This document shows positions 47,180-56,746 of a stretch of 64,000 bases of DNA, in pieces. Source of the stretch: an uncultured virus (IMG/VR IMGVR_UViG_3300024297_000002) (Duplodnaviria > Heunggongvirae > Uroviricota > Caudoviricetes); IMG/VR virus record IMGVR_UViG_3300024297_000002; one strand, given 5' to 3'. Each line of letters begins with the position of its first letter. Position 1 is the stretch's first letter. The notes under the pieces are model-generated. The model made no database searches. It was not told the origin of the DNA and was given only the letters and a program-made list of their open reading frames with translations. The position numbers and the translations under genes were made by a program.

Positions 47180-50100
47180 ATGGCAATACAGCGAATACCA
47201 GGTGAATTATTACAGTCTAATCTGACACGTAGTGGTGTGGATCTAGCCTTTGAAACGAACTTACTCTACTTGGATGTGAGTAACGGGCGTATCGGTATAG
47301 GTACGGACTCTCCTGGTGCATACAAATTAGATGTAAACGGCACAGCACGTTTTCAAAACAATGTAACAGTTAACGGTGACCTAACTGTAACTGGTTCAAC
47401 AACAACTGTAGATTCTAAAAATTTATCAGTTGAAGACAATATTCTTACACTAAATTCAGGCTCAAGTACAGCCACTTCCGCAGGTATAATGATCAATAGA
47501 GGATCTGCAGGTAACCCGGCTGTTTTGTATTGGGATGAATCAAACGATAAGTTCAAACTTGTAACAACAACATCAGATGGATCAACAACTTCTACCATAA
47601 CTGACTCAGCATATGCCAAATTGGCAGGTGCAGATCCTTCTGCCGCAGACGACTTTGTAACAAAAAGATATTTTGAGGCAAACGTCGCTGGCGGATCAGT
47701 TGTTGGAACAAACGTGACGGTCGGTACACCAGCCGACTCGAGTTTTGGTGATGGAGCATTAGTAACTCTAGGTACAGCAAGTTCTGTAACAGATGCACTA
47801 GATGATCTAAATGAAACAATGGAAAACATCAGAAACTCTACATATTTTAAATCTGTCAATTTTACTGCCGACGTCACAGCAGGCTCCGCCGGAATAACTG
47901 TAACACTTACCATAACAACAGTTGGAGGTGGAGCGGACAGATATAACATTGATTGGGGTACAGGCGAAACGGCAACAAATGCTACGTCAGACAGTACACC
48001 TTCTCACACTTATAGTTCAAATACAAATTCTCCGTTTACAGTTACGGTTAGAGCATACAACAGTTCCGCAACTTCAGGATCAGCGGGATCGTTTGCAGAA
48101 AAAACAAGAACAAATTATATTACAATTTACACAGCACAACCAGTACCAAACTTCTTTATGTACGCGGCATCATCAGGTGGTTCACCTATTACAACTGCTA
48201 ACACAGGTGCAACTGTTTATTTAGAAAATACAACAACCAATACAGGAATGGCATCAGTAACTTATGATATAGACTGGGGCGACAGTTCAGAAAATGCTAT
48301 TGCAAATGACGGAGCCGCTGGTGGTGTTGGTGGCGGAAGATTGGCACACACTTATACTAATAGTGCAACAGACGATGGATCTACAATTGGTACAGGTACA
48401 GGTGATACAAGATATGCACCTAAACTAACATTGAGAACACACACAACAGCAGATCCAAGTGCCATACCGGCAAATGTAACTAAAAACTTTGACGTGTACT
48501 CAACGCATACAGTTGTTTACTCTGTGGCAGACTCTACTATCAGAGGCATCAACGAAGAATCAACATCTGGTTTTCCTGTTACGTTTACTAACAACACAGC
48601 AACTAATCCAGGTCCTCAATCAACTTTCTCTGGCAACGTTTACAGTTGGAATTTTGGAGAAGGTGCAGGAAATCAAAATGTTAACGTTGGTTCAAACGCA
48701 AGTGGAGACACAAGTAGAACTATTGCAAACACATTCAATTTGTCTACCGCTCAACAAAATGCAGGAACGACTGTAACATATATTACTTCTTTAAGTTTAG
48801 CGAACGGACACAGCACATCACCTTTTGCGTCAGATATGAGAATTATTGTTGAGCCTGATCTACGAGCAAACATTGCCGCAACGGCAAATATTGTATCTAC
48901 AGGATCTTCAGATAACCAATATACGTTATATGATTTTACAGATCTAGATGGAGCCAACAGAGCATTAACAACATTTACAAACACATCTCAACACGCAGAC
49001 AACTACACATACGATTTCAAAGATGATTCATCTGACATAACAAATGTTGTAGAGAATGGATCTAATGCAGGTAGCATAGGTGCAACATTGGGCAAAGACT
49101 GGGCAGGAACATCTACTGGCTCATACACAACAAGATTTAGAGCATTCGGAACACCGGATACTATATTCCAAGATGACGAAGAAAACTTAACATTTACAAT
49201 GAAAGCAACTCCGTCTGCACCAGCAAATTTAAGTACAAAAAGTTTATCATTAAGTGATTCAGCACAAGGAAGTTCACCTAAACTATGTCACGGATTTGAT
49301 GATAACACAAGTTCATTCAGTACATTGGCCGCAGGAGCATCATTAAATTCGTCGACTGCAAGAAGATATACTTCAGGAACTATTGATACAAATACTGTAA
49401 GCAATTTTTATAATGGTGCATCGGGTACATTGAAAGCAGTTATCAATGCCGCCGACGATGGATCTAAAACATTCTCAGCATCTGAAGGCGAAACAGGCAC
49501 ATTTACATCATTGGTTGTAAGTTCAAATCCAGATTATGATACAGTTGTAGGCTCATATCCTCAACGGTTATATCTAGTTGCTTCTGCCAAAATTACAAAA
49601 GCACTAACAGGATATACAGTTGGATTAAATGCTGAAAGATTAGAACACTCTGCAACAGGAAATACTAATTTAGTACACGTGGTAAGAGACGATATAACAG
49701 CATCTCCAACAGCAGTGATAGGAACAGTGGCACAAGGCACAGCAGGATCACAGAGATATATTTCAGGAATACCATATTACAATTCAGGTTCACCAACAGT
49801 TACTATTACAGGTTCAACTGTGGCAAACTTTACAGGACAAGCATACAAAGATACAACTTCTCCCGTTGAAGTTGATCCTGGAACAGAATCAGAAGGCTCT
49901 GGAGATGTCATTAGCAACACAAACTTTACATATGCAAATGTAGATGGATCAACAACAATGTTAGCATCTGGTACTCCAAAAACAGACACAGGTGTAGGAA
50001 GTGCATACACATTAGGAGTACTTACGGTTCCGTTGTATTCTGGATCTAGAAAATCAGTTGGACAAATAAAAATGAGAGCAAGTAATTGTAATGGTACAAG

Positions 50101-50818
50101 TTCTTACAGTACATCTAACACTAATATTGCATTGTATACTCAAACACCTTCAGGTTTAGATAATGAGCAAGGCGGTATAACAGTTTCTGATTCACTAGGT
50201 GCTACATACGATGACGATGCTTTGAGAATATATGACTTTGCAAGTGCAACAACTGACACTCCATCTTATACTGGATCAACAAATTTTTACACAAACAATT
50301 TATTCACAGGTGCAAAAACTGTGGCAGGTACAAGAGAAGCAATAACAAGATTTGGAACAATTGGCTACAACACAACAAATTATTCAACAGGATATTTGCC
50401 AGCAGGTCCTGATTTAAACACAGGAAGAACAAGTGTTGCACATTATTATACTCTTGCATTTAGAAGATCAACAGTATCACAATTTTCAATGACACTATCA
50501 GGAAAAGTATCTGGCGTATTCATAGCATTACCAGGAGAGGGCACTGACACATCATCAGGAGCAAACGGTTGGTTGGATTGTTCAACACAGTACAACGGTG
50601 CCGGATTGCCGGGATCAGGATCAGGTGGTAACGGATCAGATGGTGTCGCAAAAACAGGTGGTGACAGAATTATTGATGGAACAACATATTCAAACCAAAC
50701 GTTTGACATGACATTAGGAACAGGAAGTATGTCTAACTCAACCGGTAATGTTTGTCTAGTAAGATTTAAATTAGAATCTGGTGATAGTATCACTGCATTC
50801 TCAATAGGAACAGTATAA
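47180..50818 (+). CDS. Large fibre/appendage protein with PKD/Ig-like repeats (probable start MAIQRI at 47180)
   Basis: Shared MAI.RI.G..L..NL.R.G.DLAFETNLL anchor; Y.IDWG....HTY and YSWNFGE PKD-like repeats. Confidence 0.75.
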   Translation: MAIQRIPGELLQSNLTRSGVDLAFETNLLYLDVSNGRIGIGTDSPGAYKLDVNGTARFQNNVTVNGDLTVTGSTTTVDSKNLSVEDNILTLNSGSSTATSAGIMINRGSAGNPAVLYWDESNDKFKLVTTTSDGSTTSTITDSAYAKLAGADPSAADDFVTKRYFEANVAGGSVVGTNVTVGTPADSSFGDGALVTLGTASSVTDALDDLNETMENIRNSTYFKSVNFTADVTAGSAGITVTLTITTVGGGADRYNIDWGTGETATNATSDSTPSHTYSSNTNSPFTVTVRAYNSSATSGSAGSFAEKTRTNYITIYTAQPVPNFFMYAASSGGSPITTANTGATVYLENTTTNTGMASVTYDIDWGDSSENAIANDGAAGGVGGGRLAHTYTNSATDDGSTIGTGTGDTRYAPKLTLRTHTTADPSAIPANVTKNFDVYSTHTVVYSVADSTIRGINEESTSGFPVTFTNNTATNPGPQSTFSGNVYSWNFGEGAGNQNVNVGSNASGDTSRTIANTFNLSTAQQNAGTTVTYITSLSLANGHSTSPFASDMRIIVEPDLRANIAATANIVSTGSSDNQYTLYDFTDLDGANRALTTFTNTSQHADNYTYDFKDDSSDITNVVENGSNAGSIGATLGKDWAGTSTGSYTTRFRAFGTPDTIFQDDEENLTFTMKATPSAPANLSTKSLSLSDSAQGSSPKLCHGFDDNTSSFSTLAAGASLNSSTARRYTSGTIDTNTVSNFYNGASGTLKAVINAADDGSKTFSASEGETGTFTSLVVSSNPDYDTVVGSYPQRLYLVASAKITKALTGYTVGLNAERLEHSATGNTNLVHVVRDDITASPTAVIGTVAQGTAGSQRYISGIPYYNSGSPTVTITGSTVANFTGQAYKDTTSPVEVDPGTESEGSGDVISNTNFTYANVDGSTTMLASGTPKTDTGVGSAYTLGVLTVPLYSGSRKSVGQIKMRASNCNGTSSYSTSNTNIALYTQTPSGLDNEQGGITVSDSLGATYDDDALRIYDFASATTDTPSYTGSTNFYTNNLFTGAKTVAGTREAITRFGTIGYNTTNYSTGYLPAGPDLNTGRTSVAHYYTLAFRRSTVSQFSMTLSGKVSGVFIALPGEGTDTSSGANGWLDCSTQYNGAGLPGSGSGGNGSDGVAKTGGDRIIDGTTYSNQTFDMTLGTGSMSNSTGNVCLVRFKLESGDSITAFSIGTV

Positions 50819-51852
50819 TGGCAATAACAGACGCAAAGAAAATTGATTATCTTTGGAAAAAAGTTGGATTTGGTGCAACTAAAACTGATACCAATGCGGC
50901 CAAGGCCGGTCCTAACGAAGCCATTGCATCTCCATTATTATTAAGAGGTGATAAAACCTGGAATGAGGCAAATTCTATTCCTGGCACGATGCCGGGGTCA
51001 AGTTCAGGTGTTGTCACTGTATATGGAACAGGCGCACCAGATGAAACAACAGCAGACAACACAGCAACAGCAAACAGAACATGGAAGACAGGATTAACTG
51101 ATTGGATACCACCAGAGTTTGGTGCAACATACGGTGTCAAAGTTTATATTCATACATCGGGTGATGCCGGCAATGCCGCGGCAAGTGGTACAAGAGTATT
51201 CCCAGGCGGATCTGGTAACAACGATGAATTCTTTTTTGATTATCAATCTGGTGTGTTACACTTTATTGGTACAAACTTACCTAACGGTGTAAACTTTTCA
51301 GGTAAAGCAGTTTACGTTTCAGGAGCAAGATACTCAGGAACTTTAGGTTTACATAATCTATCAACAGGAGGATCTATTGGTGACTTAACAATATCAGGTT
51401 CGACAATATCTGCTCCGTCAAATGCAGATATAACATTTGATAATGCAGGAACAGGTGGTTATGTATTTGAAGGAACATCTTCAATAACAATTCCAAAAGG
51501 TACAACTGCACAAAGGCCTTCTGCCGCCGAAGGTGTAATGAGATTTAATACAACAACAGGAAAATTTGAAGTATCTGAAGATGGTTCAACTTTTACAGAA
51601 CTAAGAACAGAACATACTTCACAGGAAGTTTCAAAAGATGTGTTTACCGGTGACGGATCATCAACTGTGTTTACATCTCCACACGTTGCTACACAACCTG
51701 AAAACTTAATTGTCTATATAGACGGAGTTATGCAGGAACCTGCAGAAAGTTATACAACAGATGGTTCAACATCATCAATCACAATAAGTGAGGCTCCACA
51801 CTTGGGAGCAAGAATTGTTATTATGTCCGGCTTCTCTGAAGCACAAATTTAA
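50818..51852 (+). CDS. Virion appendage protein
   Basis: K.DYLWKK.GFG..KT; FDYQSGVL.F; GTTAQRP module; C-terminal FTGDGS..F...IDGV.QEP Ig-like module; start overlaps the upstream stop. Confidence 0.65.
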   Translation: MAITDAKKIDYLWKKVGFGATKTDTNAAKAGPNEAIASPLLLRGDKTWNEANSIPGTMPGSSSGVVTVYGTGAPDETTADNTATANRTWKTGLTDWIPPEFGATYGVKVYIHTSGDAGNAAASGTRVFPGGSGNNDEFFFDYQSGVLHFIGTNLPNGVNFSGKAVYVSGARYSGTLGLHNLSTGGSIGDLTISGSTISAPSNADITFDNAGTGGYVFEGTSSITIPKGTTAQRPSAAEGVMRFNTTTGKFEVSEDGSTFTELRTEHTSQEVSKDVFTGDGSSTVFTSPHVATQPENLIVYIDGVMQEPAESYTTDGSTSSITISEAPHLGARIVIMSGFSEAQI

Positions 51853-52223
51853 ACTACTGAAAATCCTGTAGGTTGATAAACTAAATCAAAACTTTTATAT
51901 TCTCCATTTAAAGAATTTATAGTTCCAATCTTTGGAATAATTTCCCACTCGAATTCTGGTTGCCTCACAATGAATTCATACAAATCTTGTCCAGAAGAAA
52001 AATGTATCTTTACTCCTGCAACATTATGCTTGTAATCAACCTTGTAAGATTTTTTTAAGATTAATTTTGTAACATTTTCAATTTTTTGCATGAAGTGATT
52101 CATTTCTTGCATTATATCGGGTCTCTCTTGTAATGTTTCAACTGATCTATTACGAGCAAGTTGTGGCCACTGTACTGTAACTGTGTACTTGTAAAAAATG
52201 TCTTTATCTTTTTTGTTTTGCAT
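51849..52223 (-). CDS. Hypothetical protein
   Basis: 124-aa ORF whose start overlaps the end of 52204..52749. Confidence 0.55.
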   Translation of the reverse strand: MQNKKDKDIFYKYTVTVQWPQLARNRSVETLQERPDIMQEMNHFMQKIENVTKLILKKSYKVDYKHNVAGVKIHFSSGQDLYEFIVRQPEFEWEIIPKIGTINSLNGEYKSFDLVYQPTGFSVV

Positions 52224-52749
52224 AAGCGGTATATTCTTTATAATCCATTACATTTAAATTTTTGATTTCATCAAAGATTTTAATTTTGTTAACATTGGGT
52301 TTTCTCACATAATAAAACTTTGTTGTTGGGTTGTTTTCAGCAACTTTTATGAACAACTCTCTTTCTTTAAGATTTTCAATATCGTATCCAAAACAATAAA
52401 CAGCAGGATATTCACACCAACAGGCAAGTAATAACGATAACAACTGTGCTGAGCATTTATCTATGTCTATATCTATTGTTGCATTGTCTGAAAAACTAGG
52501 TACATATTCAATATTATCAAAAAACATATACTTCTTGTACAATGCTGTGCTGGTAACTAATGGTGTATTCCTTAAATTAGGGGAATTCAGCATATTTTGG
52601 AGTTCTAATTCATTATTTGTTACGGCGTATCTGCTACCTGTAGATTTGTTGGTCAGACCAGATACTATTAACTCGCCAGTCTTAAGGCAGTTTCTAGTGT
52701 CAAATTCGACTGTTAAATTTCCTGTAATAGATATATGCGTATATTTCAT
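52204..52749 (-). CDS. Divergent Maf/DUF115-like protein
   Basis: ISITGN, CSAQLLSLLLA.....AVYCFGYD, ...NP.TKFY.V pattern parallels 38017..38631; TAAATA box upstream. Confidence 0.4.
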   Translation of the reverse strand: MKYTHISITGNLTVEFDTRNCLKTGELIVSGLTNKSTGSRYAVTNNELELQNMLNSPNLRNTPLVTSTALYKKYMFFDNIEYVPSFSDNATIDIDIDKCSAQLLSLLLACWCEYPAVYCFGYDIENLKERELFIKVAENNPTTKFYYVRKPNVNKIKIFDEIKNLNVMDYKEYTAYAKQKR

Positions 52750-52846
52750 GTCTTAATGGTATTTAAGCATACAAAATTGGGTGGATACAATAAATATGTT
52801 ACATATTATATAATATAACTTTCGAAAGTTTAAGGAGAAACATACA

Positions 52847-55378
52847 ATGGCAATAGGAAGAATATCAGGACAGATGTTAAAAGCCAATCTTGAGAGATCA
52901 GGAACGGATTTAGCATTTGAAACGAATCTTTTAGCATTGGACGTGACTAACTCGAGAGTAGGTGTTGGAACAGCAAGTCCGGCCACTACATTTCACGTTT
53001 CTGCAACAGATTCTATAAGAGTACCATCAGGTACAACAGCACAAAGACCAGGCTCACCAGCAAACGGTGATATCAGATACAACTCAACAATTAGTAAAAT
53101 TGAAGGATACTCAAACTCAGGTTGGGCATCTATGGTTGGATCAGGTATTCAAAACATAGTTGAAGATACAACTCCTCAATTAGGTGGCGCTTTGGACGTT
53201 AACGGCAACGCATTAGTTTCAACATCAGATGGTAACATAGCACTTACACCAAACGGTACAGGTGAAGTTGACATTTCAAAAGTTGACATTGATAGCGGAG
53301 CAATCGACGGAACAGCAATTGGAGCCAACAGTGCTTCAACTGGTGCGTTCACAACTTTGGCATCATCAGGTAATACTACACTAGGTGACGCAAGTGGTGA
53401 CACAGTTACTTTTAATGCGGCAGGCATTACACTAGCAAATGCAACTACTGTAACAGGTACGTTTGCAGACCTTGGTACTGTAACAACAGCGGACATTAAC
53501 GGTGGTTCAATCGACGGTGCAGTAATTGGTGCGGCTTCGGCGGCGGCAGGTACTTTCACAAACTTAACAGCAAGTGGTACAACTATCTCAATCACAGATT
53601 CAAATGGATCTGGTGTTATTGATGGTGTTAACATTGGTGCCAACAGTGCAGGTACAGGAGCATTTACATCTGTAACTACTTCAGGTACATTGACAGTTGG
53701 TGGTAACTTAACAGTTAACGGTACTACAACAACAATCGATTCAGCAACATTAACAGTTGAAGATCCGATGATTCAATTAGCGAAGAATAACTCAGGTGGA
53801 GCGGCGAATGCCTTTGACCAAGGTTTGTTCTTTAACAGAGGATCATTAGACAACGTTTCATTCCTTTGGGATGAATCAGCAGACGAGTTTGTTGCGGCAG
53901 TAACAGCATCAGAGGATGGAACAACTGCAGGTAACGTAACTCTAGACAGTTACGCTGGATTAAGAGTTGGTGTTCTAAAAGGATCAGAACTACAAACTGG
54001 TACAATTAAAGCGGCAGACGGAACAGCAAGTTCAACAATAGCAAACTCAACAGGTGTACACACAATCGCTAGTTCAGTATTAACAACTACTGACATTAAC
54101 GGTGGTACAATTGATGGAGCAACTATTGGTGGTGCTACTCCGGGTGCAATCACAGGTACAACAATTACTTCAACAGGTAACGTTGTTTTTGGTGACGCAA
54201 CAGGTGACTCTGTAACAATTACAGGTAACTCAATTGTTTTATCAAACACACCAACAGTAACAGGAACTTTTGCAGATCTTGGTACAGTTACAACAGTTGA
54301 CATTAACGGTGGTACTATTGATGGAACATCAATTGGTGGATCATCTGCTTCAACAGGTGCATTTACAACAGTTGACGCTTCACAAGGTATTGACATTCCG
54401 GCTGACTCTCAATCATTGAGAATTGGTGCAGGTAATGACTTTACAGTACAGCACGATGGTTCAAACACAGCGATTGCAAACGCAACTGGTAACTTAACAA
54501 TTACTACTGCGGCAAGTTCAAGTGTTATCTTTAACGAAGCATCAGCAGACGTAGACTTCAGAGTAGAATCAAATGGTAATACTCATGGTTTATTTGTAGA
54601 TGCTGGCAATGACAGAGTAGGTGTTATGACATCTTCTCCAGGTTATGCTTTAGATGTATCAGGTTCAACTGATGCACTTAAATTACCGCAAGGTAACACA
54701 GCACAAAGACCTTCTGCAACAGCAGGTATCATCAGATACAACTCTCAAACTTCTAAGTACGAGGCTTGTAATGATGGATCTACTTACGTTGAATTAGCGA
54801 TAGCAGGTGATGTACCTTCTATTTCTAAAGTGAGTGCAACTGGAGATGGATCATCTACAGTATTTGGTTCATTCTTTGGATCAGCACCAGAAACAGTAAA
54901 CAACGTTTTAGTGTTTATTGACAACGTTATGCAGGAACCGACTGAGAACTACACAGTATCAGGAACAACAGTTACATTTACTTCTGCTCCACACAGTGGT
55001 GCAAGAATATTTGCTTTAACTGGTTTTGATAATACTGCGTTAGCGACAAGCGGTGTAGCAAGAACACAAACATCATCAGTATCATTTGAATCATCAGCGA
55101 CTACAATCGCTTCTTTCAACGCAACTTCTTACAGAGCGATGGAATGTATGATTACAATTACTGATTCAGCAAACACTGAATACTCAACACAGAAAGCACT
55201 TGTTATCCATAACGGAACAACTGCATTTGGTTCAGTATACTCAGTTGTTAACACTGGATCTACTGATTTAGCAACTATTAGTTTCAACCATGATGGTTCA
55301 AACACTGTTGAAGTTAAAGCAGTAAGTACAGGTGGCGCACAAACGGCACTAGTACAATACTCTTTACAAGCAGTATAA
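52847..55378 (+). CDS. Long fibre protein
   Basis: Shared MAIGRISG anchor; two GTTAQRP-type modules; many DINGG.IDG..IG..S...G.FT repeats; Ig-like module near the C-terminus; AAGGAG SD. Confidence 0.8.
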   Translation: MAIGRISGQMLKANLERSGTDLAFETNLLALDVTNSRVGVGTASPATTFHVSATDSIRVPSGTTAQRPGSPANGDIRYNSTISKIEGYSNSGWASMVGSGIQNIVEDTTPQLGGALDVNGNALVSTSDGNIALTPNGTGEVDISKVDIDSGAIDGTAIGANSASTGAFTTLASSGNTTLGDASGDTVTFNAAGITLANATTVTGTFADLGTVTTADINGGSIDGAVIGAASAAAGTFTNLTASGTTISITDSNGSGVIDGVNIGANSAGTGAFTSVTTSGTLTVGGNLTVNGTTTTIDSATLTVEDPMIQLAKNNSGGAANAFDQGLFFNRGSLDNVSFLWDESADEFVAAVTASEDGTTAGNVTLDSYAGLRVGVLKGSELQTGTIKAADGTASSTIANSTGVHTIASSVLTTTDINGGTIDGATIGGATPGAITGTTITSTGNVVFGDATGDSVTITGNSIVLSNTPTVTGTFADLGTVTTVDINGGTIDGTSIGGSSASTGAFTTVDASQGIDIPADSQSLRIGAGNDFTVQHDGSNTAIANATGNLTITTAASSSVIFNEASADVDFRVESNGNTHGLFVDAGNDRVGVMTSSPGYALDVSGSTDALKLPQGNTAQRPSATAGIIRYNSQTSKYEACNDGSTYVELAIAGDVPSISKVSATGDGSSTVFGSFFGSAPETVNNVLVFIDNVMQEPTENYTVSGTTVTFTSAPHSGARIFALTGFDNTALATSGVARTQTSSVSFESSATTIASFNATSYRAMECMITITDSANTEYSTQKALVIHNGTTAFGSVYSVVNTGSTDLATISFNHDGSNTVEVKAVSTGGAQTALVQYSLQAV

Positions 55379-55397
55379 TAGAATAACAGATTACACT

Positions 55398-55426
55398 AAA
55401 GGGCGGCTTTATGTCGCCCTTTTTTT
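55398..55426 (+). terminator. Intrinsic terminator
   Basis: AAAGGGCGGC-tttat-GTCGCCCTTTTTTT. Confidence 0.85.
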
Positions 55427-55580
55427 ACGACTTTTTAATAGTACAACACAAAAAACTCCAAAATAATGGTAAATATGTTTGTTGAGCAATTTGCTTAACA
55501 GTTTAACAATAATGATTTTGTTAAACTTAATTTAACCGATTAAATTTAAATTTAATCAATCATGTGGGAGACATGGAACC

Positions 55581-56594
55581 ATGACAGCAAGAAACTTTAG
55601 AGTACACAATGGTCTTGATTGCGGTGACGTATCTATAAATGCATCTTCAGGTGCATTAACAGGTGTGGCATCATTGACGCTAGATAATACATCGGCGCCA
55701 GGCGCAGACGGAGTATTGGCTAACAAAAAGTATGTTGATGATCAGTTAACTGCTAAAACTAGCATTGTATCTGGATCAAACAACGTAACAGTTGGTGGTT
55801 CATCAGTATCATTAGATATCGGTGGAACAGACCAACTTATCGCAACTGCAGGACTAGTAAGAATTACTGGTAACTTAACAGTTGACGGTACAAGAACAGA
55901 ACTAAACACTGCAACTTTATCAGTTGAAGACAACATGATAGAAGTTAACAGAAACGTATCAGCGGCTTCTGGTATGCCAAACTTCTCTGGTTTAAAAGCC
56001 AACAGAGGTGCAACATCATCAGCAACTGAAGAAGATCTTTTCTGGGTTTGGGATGAAACATTCGCAGACGACGGAACAACTGTTTACGGAAATGCAAGTG
56101 GTGCCTGGACAGCATACAGATCTGATGACGACTTATCTAACAAAGATTTAGTTGACATTAGAGCAAATGTTGTACACGCAAGAGCAACGTCGGCGGCTTA
56201 CGCGGACGTGGCGGAGAGTTTCGAAGCAGACGCTCCTATGTCAGAAGGCGCAGTAGTAACACTAGGTGGATCAGCAGAAATTACTGAATCACTAGGTGAT
56301 ATGAACAACGAAGTATTTGGTGTTGTTTCTACTCAACCAGCATTTATGATGAATGCAGAAGCAGGTAACAGCGAATCTCATCCTTTTATAGCAATGACAG
56401 GTAGAACTCCAGTGAGAGTTACAGGTACAGTTGCAAAAGGTGACAGATTAGTAAGTTCATCTGTTAAAGGTACTGCAAGAGCAGTAACTTCAGAAGAAGA
56501 TATCACTCCATTCCACGTTATCGGTAGAGCACTTGAGGCTAAAACTGATGCAGGAATTGGTTTAGTTAACGCAGTAGTTAGAACAAACAACTAA
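55581..56594 (+). CDS. Fibre protein with C-terminal intramolecular chaperone (peptidase G2-like)
   Basis: NFRVHNGL start; SAAYADVAE...G.VV.LGG..EI...VFGVVSTQPAFMMN...AMTGR.PVRV.G...KGDRLV...IGRALE. Confidence 0.75.
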   Translation: MTARNFRVHNGLDCGDVSINASSGALTGVASLTLDNTSAPGADGVLANKKYVDDQLTAKTSIVSGSNNVTVGGSSVSLDIGGTDQLIATAGLVRITGNLTVDGTRTELNTATLSVEDNMIEVNRNVSAASGMPNFSGLKANRGATSSATEEDLFWVWDETFADDGTTVYGNASGAWTAYRSDDDLSNKDLVDIRANVVHARATSAAYADVAESFEADAPMSEGAVVTLGGSAEITESLGDMNNEVFGVVSTQPAFMMNAEAGNSESHPFIAMTGRTPVRVTGTVAKGDRLVSSSVKGTARAVTSEEDITPFHVIGRALEAKTDAGIGLVNAVVRTNN

Positions 56595-56618
56595 TTTTAA
56601 GCATTAAACTAATATTAT

Positions 56619-56648
56619 AAAGGGCGGGTTTTTACTCGCCCTTTTTTT
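56619..56648 (+). terminator. Intrinsic terminator
   Basis: AAAGGGCGGGT-tttt-ACTCGCCCTTTTTTT. Confidence 0.85.
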
Positions 56649-56746
56649 ACGGCGGTATAAATACTGTTACTGCTGTCAGCCGGCAATGTAAAGGAGGCTG
56701 TGTGTAGTGTAATACTGCACTAACATAATTATAGAAGGAGCCAAGT

